DNA from: Dehalococcoidia bacterium
Lineage (GTDB): Bacteria > Chloroflexota > Dehalococcoidia > Lucifugimonadales > UBA1123
Direction: 5' to 3'
DNA length: 64,000 bases
Assembly (NCBI GenBank): GCA_963665255.1
Contig: OY762210.1
Span: 715,760 to 779,759 of the forward strand
Under the pieces are notes generated by a model that did no database searches, had not been told where the DNA came from, and worked only from the letters and a program-made list of their open reading frames with translations. How positions within the stretch are numbered: position 1 is the first letter of the stretch; each line of letters begins with the position of its first letter. A program made the position numbers and the translations under genes. Shown piece after piece: positions 44,857 through 52,155 of this stretch.

Positions 44857-45248
44857 TCCTCAAGACGGTAGCCGATGAGAGTTGGTTTTTAGAGGTAAAG
44901 GCCACACGGACTAGCGATGCGCGCATGACTCCGAGCCAGGCAAGAAAGGCAGTCAAACAAGGGGACCACTTCCTGCTCTGTGTCGTTCCTGTGGGCACCG
45001 AAGATGAACCGGACATAGACAGCGTTAAAGGCAATATGAGGTTCGTGGGGGACATTGGTGGACGTGTGTCGGGGTTATGTGACGAGCTTGATAAGTTCGA
45101 GAAGGAGCGAGGCGAGATCAGCGGCGAATACACAGAAGGTGTGCAGCTGATTGTAACAGGTGGGAAAACGCGAATAAGCATCGCCGATTCGATCTGGGAA
45201 AACGACGGGTTTCCACTGACAGAGTTGTCCACCAGACTGCTGCAATAG
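44853..45248 (+). pseudogene. DUF3883-like C-terminal remnant
   Basis: WFLEVKATRTSDARMTPSQARKAVKQGDHFLLCVV resembles the DUF3883 (E-V-K) nuclease-like C-domain normally found fused to a GHKL N-domain. It is in a different frame from the preceding remnant. Confidence 0.5.
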
Positions 45249-45597
45249 CGGATTGCAGAGGATTGTAACGCTGGAAGGCAGCCCACCAACGACAACACAG
45301 GAGAGACCGACAGCAAGAGGAGCACACGAACTACAGCCAACCATGTCAGCATTTGTCAACTTCCACGGACGATTTCAATAGGGTCAACCTAGTGGGACCT
45401 TCAAGGGTATGCCCCTACGGTGCACTCTCACACAAGTTCGACGACTTCCACGGGATGTACTCAGACATCTCTTTGCTAGCGATATGGAAGCTGAGCTCTA
45501 TTGTTCAAAGTGCGAGGTGTCGGGGTTTCTCCAAACACCATGAGTGCTAGTACCGAGGACTACGCGCCCTCACTGAGGCTAATGACAGTCAGCCGAT

Positions 45598-45894
45598 TTA
45601 TCGCCTAATCTCCTCCGGGTCATATCCTTCGGGCATGTCCCGTTCGGGACACATCAGGATGCCGTCCCGCAGTCCCATCCCCTCGGCGATGGTCAGCAGG
45701 AGGAAGAGATGCGCGGGATTGGGGGCCACACCCTTGTTCCGCCACTGCCTGAGCCGGTGGAGGCTGACGCCGAGCAGACGCGCAATCGCCCGCCAGCTAA
45801 GTCCGCTCTCCTCCTTGAACCGCTCAAGCCGCTCAGGGAAGTCGGGAGGAAGCACGCACCTGAAGGGACGATGGACCCGTCGCTGCGTTCCCAC
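45598..45894 (-). CDS. 98-aa HTH protein (paralogue 2)
   Basis: FPERLERFKEESGLSWRAIARLLGVSLHRLRQWRNKG. Same length and pattern as 45898-46194. Confidence 0.5.
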   Translation of the reverse strand: MGTQRRVHRPFRCVLPPDFPERLERFKEESGLSWRAIARLLGVSLHRLRQWRNKGVAPNPAHLFLLLTIAEGMGLRDGILMCPERDMPEGYDPEEIRR

Positions 45895-45897
45895 GGC

Positions 45898-46194
45898 CTA
45901 TCCCTCCTGTTCGTCCAACCCGAACCCAACCGCCAGGGGCGGCTGAAGCATTCCGGACGGCGGTATGACGTGAACCCCAAGCAGCGTATGTACGCCGCCC
46001 GGGACACGGGCCGCCAGCAACAGGAGGGCGAACAGTCCATCGCCGCTGGGCTTGGTTCCATTGCGCCACCTCTGAAGCTGGCGAGGGTCCACGCCCAGGC
46101 AACCGGCTAGTCCGTCCCAGGTGAGGCCGCTGGCCTCCTTGAAGGCATTGAGGCGGCTGGGGAAGTCGTCCGGCAGAAAGGTGATGCCGAACAT
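45898..46194 (-). CDS. 98-aa HTH protein (paralogue 1)
   Basis: Start at MFGITF. FPSRLNAFKEASGLTWDGLAGCLGVDPRQLQRWRNGT. Confidence 0.5.
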   Translation of the reverse strand: MFGITFLPDDFPSRLNAFKEASGLTWDGLAGCLGVDPRQLQRWRNGTKPSGDGLFALLLLAARVPGGVHTLLGVHVIPPSGMLQPPLAVGFGLDEQEG

Positions 46195-46223
46195 CAGATG
46201 AGCGGGAGGTATGGACGGGTGCC

Positions 46224-46463
46224 TCAAGAGACGTTCTCCAGGATGAACAGGTCCTCGAACCTGCTGACGCCCAGCGCCTTCATGAGCCGCCTGCGCAGCT
46301 CCGCAGAGGGTCGTCGCGTTCCGGTCATCAGCTGAGAGAGATAGCCCGACGAGATACCGGACAGCCGCGCCAGCTCGTTCTGCGTCATGTTGAGACGGTT
46401 CAGAAGCTCCCACACCCTGTCTGGGTTGAGCCTGACCCGTGAGGAGGGCTGCCTGCGCTTCAT
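46224..46463 (-). CDS. XRE-family HTH regulator
   Basis: 79 aa. LNMTQNELARLSGISSGYLSQLMTGTRRPS. Confidence 0.7.
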   Translation of the reverse strand: MKRRQPSSRVRLNPDRVWELLNRLNMTQNELARLSGISSGYLSQLMTGTRRPSAELRRRLMKALGVSRFEDLFILENVS

Positions 46464-46627
46464 GCCGCATCCTCCTTCCGGACTGTGTGAGGATCGTCCC
46501 CGACTGCGTCCTTGTGGTACAGGTGGGGATTGGCTAGGTAGTGGCGAGCGATGATGCGGGCCAGTATCCGCAGCCCATCGATGCGCTTGCGCTCCTGCCT
46601 TGCAGTCAGCTTTCGCTTGCTACTCAC
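46460..46627 (-). CDS. 55-aa basic small ORF translationally coupled to the XRE gene
   Basis: Below the track cutoff. GTG start. VSSKRKLTARQERKRIDGLRILARIIARHYLANPHLY... Its TGA overlaps the downstream ATG (ATGA). Confidence 0.35.
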   Translation of the reverse strand: MSSKRKLTARQERKRIDGLRILARIIARHYLANPHLYHKDAVGDDPHTVRKEDAA

Positions 46628-46790
46628 GCGATCCGTCTCACTTCAGAGGTTCGCCGCGCCGCGAGGGGTGGCCTCGCGGGTGCCGGTGATGTATGCTTGG
46701 TTTACGATTAGAAGATTAGTTCTGTGCGCATGAGTGTATCAACATACTCAAGTCATAGGCAACGGGATACAGGGGAATAATAGAGATTAA

Positions 46791-46820
46791 TTGACACATT
46801 GCTTGCAATACTGTAACAAT
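46791..46820 (+). promoter_or_regulatory. sigma-70-like promoter for the XRE/ImmA-like operon
   Basis: TTGACA-17 nt-TAACAAT in an AT-rich divergent region. Palindrome ATTGCttGCAAT sits in the spacer and GCTACA-10 nt-TGTAGC lies just downstream. Confidence 0.4.
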
Positions 46821-46903
46821 AATGTGGCTACAACGTATCTGTGATGTAGCAGATGGGCCGTGCGCGAGGGTGTCCGCGACCACGGTGACAGGGGGAGACC
46901 ACT

Positions 46904-47332
46904 ATGGTCGAGCAAGACGACAGGAACGCAGGCGAACGAGGGAAGTTGGACGGGAACGAGGACCTCGGGACGCTGCTTCGTAGGCTGAGGGGAGAGCTGA
47001 GCCTGCGGGACGTGAACAGGCTCTGCGGCGTCTCGGGCTCCTACCTCTCCCAGATCGAGCGTGGACAGCGCAGGCCGGGACGCAGCCTGGTCCTTAAGCT
47101 GGCCGAAGCATACGACGTGGACGGCGAGGAGATGTTGAAGCGCGCCGGGCACGTGGGCCAGCCGTCCCCCAACAGCAGAGAGACCCTGGACATCGAGCGT
47201 GCCTTCCAGTTCGTGCTGGCGGATCCCGACTTCCGTGTCGGCACCAGGCCCGACGGTCCGCTGTCCGTAAACTCCAAGCGTTTCATCGTCGAGATGTACG
47301 AACGTTTTACCGGAAAGAGGCTGCTGGAATGA
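46904..47332 (+). CDS. XRE-family repressor (ImmR-like)
   Basis: 142 aa. LSLRDVNRLCGVSGSYLSQIERGQRRP. Stop overlaps the start of the next gene (ATGA). Confidence 0.75.
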   Translation: MVEQDDRNAGERGKLDGNEDLGTLLRRLRGELSLRDVNRLCGVSGSYLSQIERGQRRPGRSLVLKLAEAYDVDGEEMLKRAGHVGQPSPNSRETLDIERAFQFVLADPDFRVGTRPDGPLSVNSKRFIVEMYERFTGKRLLE

Positions 47333-48252
47333 GTGCAAGCAGAGAGGACTTCTGCCGCGACCTGCTGGACGACGACCACGACCGCGCCGGCATAGACCCT
47401 GAGGGAGTGGCCGCCCGGTTCGTGAGCTACTTCGGAGTACCGGACAGGCCGACCATGGCAGTGCTGAAGGCGCTGCTGGAGGATGCCGGTTTCGGGACCG
47501 TTTCGGGCGCGCACCTGGACTCGATGAAGGGCGTCCACTTCGGTACACGCGGGGGCGGATACGAGATCTACTACCGCCAGGACCTCTGGGACGGAGCGAA
47601 GGCGCACACCGTGCTTCACGAGACCTACGAGATCATCTGCGAGACGCTGTGCGAGCAGGTAACCGGCACGTCACTGAGGAGGAAGGTATGTCGACCGGCG
47701 GACCGCTTCGCCGCGGCGGTGCTGATGCAGCCGGAAAGGTTCTCGCTAATGGCAGAGGCGTCGGGGCTGGACGTGCTGGCACTGCAGCGGACGTACCGCT
47801 GCTCATACTCATCGGTGACGCTGCGGCTTGCAGAGGTGGTTAGCGAGTTCCCCCTGATGACGGTCCTGTACGAGCGACACCGCGATGATGGACAAGACCC
47901 CGAGGGGTGGACCGAGCCGCCCGACCTGCGCGCGACGGTCGTGCGTCGCACACGGGGCTTCGGCTCTCCCGACTCGGCGCTTCTGTGTGGAAGGCGGGGA
48001 GGTGTTCCCATCCGGGGCAGGAGACCGTCGCCCGGTTCTCTGGCGTACCGGGTGGTCGGATCAGGAAGGGCCGAGTACGACGAGGACGGCGTATTCTCCG
48101 TCATCGCAAGGCCGGTGATCTGGAAGGGGAGGATAGCAAAGGTGGCGGTGGTCGCCGTGCCCTATCCACACCGCGCGATCCTCGACCCTCAGAAGCCCTC
48201 ACCCGGCTTCGGCAATCCCATACGTGGTCTGGCGTCGTCGGCTCCCTGGTAG
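47329..48252 (+). CDS. ImmA/IrrE-like protein with degenerate metal motif
   Basis: 307 aa, translationally coupled to the XRE gene. The expected HExxH position reads HETYE (AHTVLHETYEIICE). Confidence 0.5.
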   Translation: MSASREDFCRDLLDDDHDRAGIDPEGVAARFVSYFGVPDRPTMAVLKALLEDAGFGTVSGAHLDSMKGVHFGTRGGGYEIYYRQDLWDGAKAHTVLHETYEIICETLCEQVTGTSLRRKVCRPADRFAAAVLMQPERFSLMAEASGLDVLALQRTYRCSYSSVTLRLAEVVSEFPLMTVLYERHRDDGQDPEGWTEPPDLRATVVRRTRGFGSPDSALLCGRRGGVPIRGRRPSPGSLAYRVVGSGRAEYDEDGVFSVIARPVIWKGRIAKVAVVAVPYPHRAILDPQKPSPGFGNPIRGLASSAPW

Positions 48253-48319
48253 TCGAGGCCGGGTGTGGTAATATCAAGAGTAAGACAGCGTACTACCACC
48301 ACAGGCAAAAAGAGAGACG

Positions 48320-48544
48320 ATGCCCACCAAGCACAGGAACACCGCCACCATCACCTTCTCGCTTCCGCCTGAGGTGGCCCAAGAGCTAAGGCAAGTGGTC
48401 AAGGAGGAGGACCGCACCGTCAGCGAGCTTCTGCGAGAGGCCATCCGCCTCTACATGGAGGAACGTGAGTGGCGCATACGAGAACGATTAGAGCGACTGC
48501 GGTCCCTGCAAATCGAACGAATAGAAACGGAAGGGAATTGTTGA
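48320..48544 (+). CDS. ribbon-helix-helix (CopG-like) protein
   Basis: 74 aa. TATITFSLPPEVAQELRQVVKEEDRTVSELLREAIRLYM is the beta-strand plus two helices pattern of RHH. Confidence 0.6.
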   Translation: MPTKHRNTATITFSLPPEVAQELRQVVKEEDRTVSELLREAIRLYMEEREWRIRERLERLRSLQIERIETEGNC

Positions 48545-48565
48545 CTTATCTTCGCAAGCTCTGTC

Positions 48566-48787
48566 TCAGCGGTTTCGAATCCAAAAGATAGCGTATCCAA
48601 TGCCCACTACTGCTGAGACGACCACGACGAAACGGGACAGTAGAACAGGAAACCTCCACATCTCGTACTTGTCAGGGCTAAAGGACTCAATCCCCAGCCA
48701 ATTGCATATGGCAATGACCCAGAATGCTGCGAGCAGCAGGACAGCATAGCCTTTTGGAGAAGGTTGCATGGGATGATTGTACCACAT
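48566..48787 (-). CDS. 73-aa two-TM membrane protein (hypothetical)
   Basis: YAVLLLAAFWVIAICNWL and FVVVVSAVVGIGYAIFWI. Low GC. No RBS checked. Confidence 0.35.
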   Translation of the reverse strand: MWYNHPMQPSPKGYAVLLLAAFWVIAICNWLGIESFSPDKYEMWRFPVLLSRFVVVVSAVVGIGYAIFWIRNR

Positions 48788-48831
48788 GAGAAGTCAAGAA
48801 GGTGATTCTCGAACGGAAGGAGTAACGGAGC

Positions 48832-49059
48832 ATGAACGACCGACTCGATCTGATACCGGCGGCCCTCTACGCGAGGGTCTCCAGCGAACTGACGGGGCGC
48901 AGGTCCTTCTTTGAGTCGTTCGTGAAGGAGATCATAGTGATTCCTGGCCAGACCGAGGTGCACTACACGATGCCCATGACGCCAGATAGTCGGATTGCGG
49001 GGATGGGCGTCGAGAGGTTGGAAAGAGACCAAGGCCGGCTCAGTCGGCTGAACAACTAG
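48832..49059 (+). pseudogene. internally deleted serine-recombinase relic
   Basis: N-terminus IPAALYARVSS (catalytic-Ser motif) is joined directly to FFESFVKEIIVIPGQTEVHYTMPM. That segment aligns with the C-terminal FLGTFIRRIDFTKEQVGIQYTVPV of the intact recombinase downstream. Confidence 0.6.
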
Positions 49060-49090
49060 CCGCAGTATTGGAGATCAGGAGATAGGGAAG

Positions 49091-50731
49091 ATGAAGCACA
49101 ATGGTCCCATGAGAGTCGCAATCTACGCTCGCGTCTCTTCCGAGCGACAGGCAGAGAAGGAGCTGTCCATTCCTGCTCAACTGAAAGCTCTCAAGAAACA
49201 TGCGCTTAACCGGGGATGGGATGTGGTAGCGGAGTATGTCGACGAGGCGGAGAGCGCGAGATCGGCCAATCGCCCTGCATTCAAGGATATGATTGCCGCC
49301 GCTAAGAATAAGGTGAAGCCGTTTGACTGCATCCTCGTCTGGAAGCTATCCAGGTTTGCGCGGAATAGGGAAGACTCGGTCATCTACAAGTCGCTGTTGA
49401 AACGGCGGAAGATCTCTGTCATCTCCATGAATGAGCGTGTCGACGAGAGTCCAGCAGGGTCGCTGCTGGAGGGCATCATCGAGGTGATTGACGAGTTCTA
49501 CTCGGCAAACCTTGCCCAGGACACTATCAGAGGGATGAAGGAGAATGCGGCTCGTGGATTCCGCAACGGGGGAACGTCCCCATTCGGATACAGATGCACA
49601 TTGGAGTCACATGGTAGCGTCACCAAATCAAAGTTGATCCCAGATGAGAGAGAAGCTCCGATTGTGAAAAGGGCATTCGATCTGGCAGCACACGGGCAGG
49701 GCGCAAGGGAGATTGCGAGTTCACTGAACGCTGAACGGTTGAAAACGCGCCACGGCAAGCACTTCTCTGCCACCACTATCAACCACATGTTGAGGAATGA
49801 GGCCTATGTAGGGACGATTGTCTGGAATAGATATAGCAAAGTCTCGGGTGCCAGGCAGAGAAAAAGTGATGATGAGATTATCCGTGTCCCTGACTGCCAT
49901 ACGCCACTTGTAGACAAGGACGTATTCGAGGTAGTACAGGCGCTGTTGACATCCCGGCGCCCGTCGGTGACGCACTCCAAGAGAGTCTATAGCCGGTATC
50001 TCCTCAGTGGTCTGGCTCACTGCGCACAGTGCGGCTCGCCAGCCATAGGTGCAAACGGCAAGTCTGGGCAATACCTCTACTATAGGTGCAACGGCAGGCT
50101 GACGAAGGGGGCTGCAGTGTGCAATGGTCCAATGATTAATGCCAAGAAACTGGAAGCATTCGTGGTGGACCGAATCAAAGAGAACATACTTACCGAGGAG
50201 AATCTGAGGGCGCTGGTGGATTTGGTCAATGAAGAACTACGTCTGCAAAAGCGCCGTGCGGCAGAACAACTTGATAATTTGAATCGGGAAGCCAAATCAG
50301 TAGAGCAGAGCTTGGCGAATCTGTACATCGCCTTGGAGAGTGGGAAGGTGGATATCGACGACTTGGCACCCAGGCTGAAGGAACTGAGGGCCAGACAACG
50401 GGAGATTGATGAGAAGAAGGATGAAGCGCTGGATGAAATGAATCAGACAGACGGAAGCGTCTTCGACCCGTTGGCGATGAACCACTACCTTGAAGACTTG
50501 AAGACGATTCTACAGAGCGCATCATTTCTTCAATGCAAGACCTTCCTCGGCACCTTCATAAGGAGGATCGACTTTACTAAGGAGCAGGTCGGGATCCAGT
50601 ATACGGTGCCGGTCCCTATCGGAAATGGGTTAACCAAGATGACCGAAGTACTGCCTGTTAGGGGGGTTGGCTCCGCAGGTAGGACTCGAACCTACGACCA
50701 ATCGGTTAACAGCCGACCGCTCTACCACTGA
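49091..50731 (+). CDS. large serine recombinase (integrase)
   Basis: 546 aa. MRVAIYARVSSERQ, resolvase core, recombinase domain, zinc ribbon CAQCGS...YYRCNG...C, coiled coil. The last ~21 codons are antisense tRNA-Asn sequence. Confidence 0.9.
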   Translation: MKHNGPMRVAIYARVSSERQAEKELSIPAQLKALKKHALNRGWDVVAEYVDEAESARSANRPAFKDMIAAAKNKVKPFDCILVWKLSRFARNREDSVIYKSLLKRRKISVISMNERVDESPAGSLLEGIIEVIDEFYSANLAQDTIRGMKENAARGFRNGGTSPFGYRCTLESHGSVTKSKLIPDEREAPIVKRAFDLAAHGQGAREIASSLNAERLKTRHGKHFSATTINHMLRNEAYVGTIVWNRYSKVSGARQRKSDDEIIRVPDCHTPLVDKDVFEVVQALLTSRRPSVTHSKRVYSRYLLSGLAHCAQCGSPAIGANGKSGQYLYYRCNGRLTKGAAVCNGPMINAKKLEAFVVDRIKENILTEENLRALVDLVNEELRLQKRRAAEQLDNLNREAKSVEQSLANLYIALESGKVDIDDLAPRLKELRARQREIDEKKDEALDEMNQTDGSVFDPLAMNHYLEDLKTILQSASFLQCKTFLGTFIRRIDFTKEQVGIQYTVPVPIGNGLTKMTEVLPVRGVGSAGRTRTYDQSVNSRPLYH

Positions 50732-50742
50732 GCTACTGCGGA
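50668..50742 (-). tRNA. tRNA-Asn (GUU)
   Basis: Cloverleaf by hand: acceptor UCCGCAG/CUGCGGA, D stem GCUC/GAGC, anticodon stem GUCGG/CCGAU with loop CUGUUAA, T stem GUAGG/CCUAC with loop UUCGAGU, discriminator G, encoded CCA. Confidence 0.9.
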
Positions 50743-51100
50743 GCGTTCAAGGGGAGGTGGCCCGAATTACAGGCCGCCCAATTATCATATCACCGGAATC
50801 GGACGGCGCTCAAGTTCAGTTTAGCGTCGGAATCCAGATCTGGCCGGTAGGCTGAGGCCTCACCCCAACCCGTTCACCCTGTTGAAAACCCGCTGCGGCG
50901 GGAGCCCGCCGAAGAACAACGCCCACCCCGCCCTAAAGAATGTTCGAGCAAAAGGCACAACCGCATCCCCCACACAACCAAATCATGTAAATCCCAAAAT
51001 CAGACAAATCCGAGTTCAGACACTACGGATCTTGACATGCAAGTACATCTGTTCTATTCTGGTGCCAGACACATAACCACCAAACCCAACAACCAAACCA

Positions 51101-51877
51101 ATGACACTCTCAGAATTCATCCTAGAAGAAACCGACGACGGTATCGACATCGCCAGAGTCCTCATCGACGTGATGAACGGATTCATCCGCGGTGTCACAC
51201 CCAGTCATAGGCTCACCGCAGCCAGACTGCTCACCATCTACGGCTTCCAGGACGCCCGAGACTTCATCGACGACAACATCCGTCAACCCTCTGACGGGGG
51301 ACGAGAGTGGGTAATAAGCGACCCCGAACTCTCCAGGCTCATCAGGGCCAACACCAACGACGGCCAGGAGATGTGCCTCTTCCTCATAGATGTCATGTGG
51401 GGGAAAGTCGAAGGCACCCGCATCGGACACCGCGTTTCAGCGGCAAACGAGCTGCTGAACAGGGCGTTTGGAAGGAGCCAGGGCATACCACTGCCCAATC
51501 CTCCACGCGCGACAGCTCCCCCGGGAACGATCCCAAGGCCAGACCAGCAGGTCCAGGCCGAGACAACCCAGGAAGCCGAGCCTGCGCCCGTTCATCCTGA
51601 GCCTGTCGAAGGACAGCTCCAGACCGAGACAGACCAGGGAGTCGCGACCGCCCCCGTTCGTCCTGAGCTTGTCGAAGGACAGCCCGAAACCAACCCCAAC
51701 TTCGACCCCAACGTGTACAGGGCAGCGAGCAAGTGCCTGGACCCCAACTTCGATCCCATGCGCGCCGCCTCAGACGAGGAATACTGGTTCAACTACGACG
51801 GCTGCGACAACATCAGCTGCCCGTTCCACGGCGATCCCGAAGACCCCGACTACGACCCCAACGCCCAACACTACTGA
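51101..51877 (+). CDS. hypothetical protein with internal duplication and two in-frame REP-like units
   Basis: 258 aa. Duplicated ~40-aa segments (IDVMNGFIRGVTPSHRLTAARLL / IDVMWGKVEGTRIGHRVSAANELL). PVHPEPVEGQ and PVRPELVEGQ are encoded by repeat units 66 nt apart. Confidence 0.45.
   Translation: MTLSEFILEETDDGIDIARVLIDVMNGFIRGVTPSHRLTAARLLTIYGFQDARDFIDDNIRQPSDGGREWVISDPELSRLIRANTNDGQEMCLFLIDVMWGKVEGTRIGHRVSAANELLNRAFGRSQGIPLPNPPRATAPPGTIPRPDQQVQAETTQEAEPAPVHPEPVEGQLQTETDQGVATAPVRPELVEGQPETNPNFDPNVYRAASKCLDPNFDPMRAASDEEYWFNYDGCDNISCPFHGDPEDPDYDPNAQHY
51587..51682 (+). repeat. REP-like family A, two units (CCCGTTCrTCCTGAGCyTGTCGAAGGACAG)
   Basis: Units at 51587-51616 and 51653-51682. A 26-nt exact inverted copy lies at 55905-55930 and an 18-nt copy at 29969-29986 (minus). 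Confidence 0.7.
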
Positions 51878-51954
51878 CCTTCGCCATCCCTGCATCAACA
51901 AAATCACGGCAATCACAAGAATCTGATGAATCACAGTTCAGACATCTATACTGC

Positions 51955-52019
51955 CCCCTCTCCCTCAGAGCCTGCCCCGGACTTGATCCGGAGGAGAGGG
52001 CTGGGGTTAGGGTGAAAGG
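51955..52019 (+). repeat. REP-like family B palindromic element, copy 1
   Basis: CCCTCTCC-ctcAGAGCCTGCCCCGGACTTGATCCGGAGGAGAGGG. Outer arms CCCTCTCC/GGAGAGGG, inner arms CCGGA/TCCGG. Confidence 0.6.
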
Positions 52020-52112
52020 TTCGACTCCAACCTACTGGACACCATCTGCACACCTCTGGATTCCCGCTTCCGCGTGAATGACGGTCAGTGAATACATACC
52101 CCTGTCAACTCC

Positions 52113-52151
52113 CTAAGAGCCTGTCCCGGACTTGATCCGGGGGAGAGGGGA
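52113..52151 (+). repeat. REP-like family B element, copy 2
   Basis: AGAGCCTGTCCCGGACTTGATCCGGGGGAGAGGGG shares a ~35-nt core with copy 1. Confidence 0.6.
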
Positions 52152-52155
52152 TTCT

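Larger units (their letters stand above)
14432..50742. mobile_element. integrative conjugative element (~36 kb) adjacent to tRNA-Asn; left boundary uncertain
   Basis: Contiguous T4SS, coupling protein, Replic_Relax, primase/SSB/recombination genes, XRE/ImmA switch and a large serine recombinase abutting tRNA-Asn. The core (14.7-44.4 kb) looks richer in GC than the flanks. No phage structural genes. Confidence 0.6.

Noticed and set aside
44545-45248. Stop-codon readthrough or selenocysteine joining the two ORFs.
   Set aside because: The ORFs are in different frames. Their domain content (N-box only, C-domain only) indicates a large internal deletion rather than recoding.
46551-46733. 60-aa plus-strand ORF in the divergent regulatory region.
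   Set aside because: It is antisense to the better-supported ATGA-coupled 55-aa ORF and lies upstream of the predicted promoter. It has an Arg/Ser/Leu-rich, biased composition.
14432-50742. Prophage interpretation of the element.
   Set aside because: No terminase, portal, capsid, tail or lysis genes were recognised. VirB4, the coupling protein and pilin-like genes point to conjugation.
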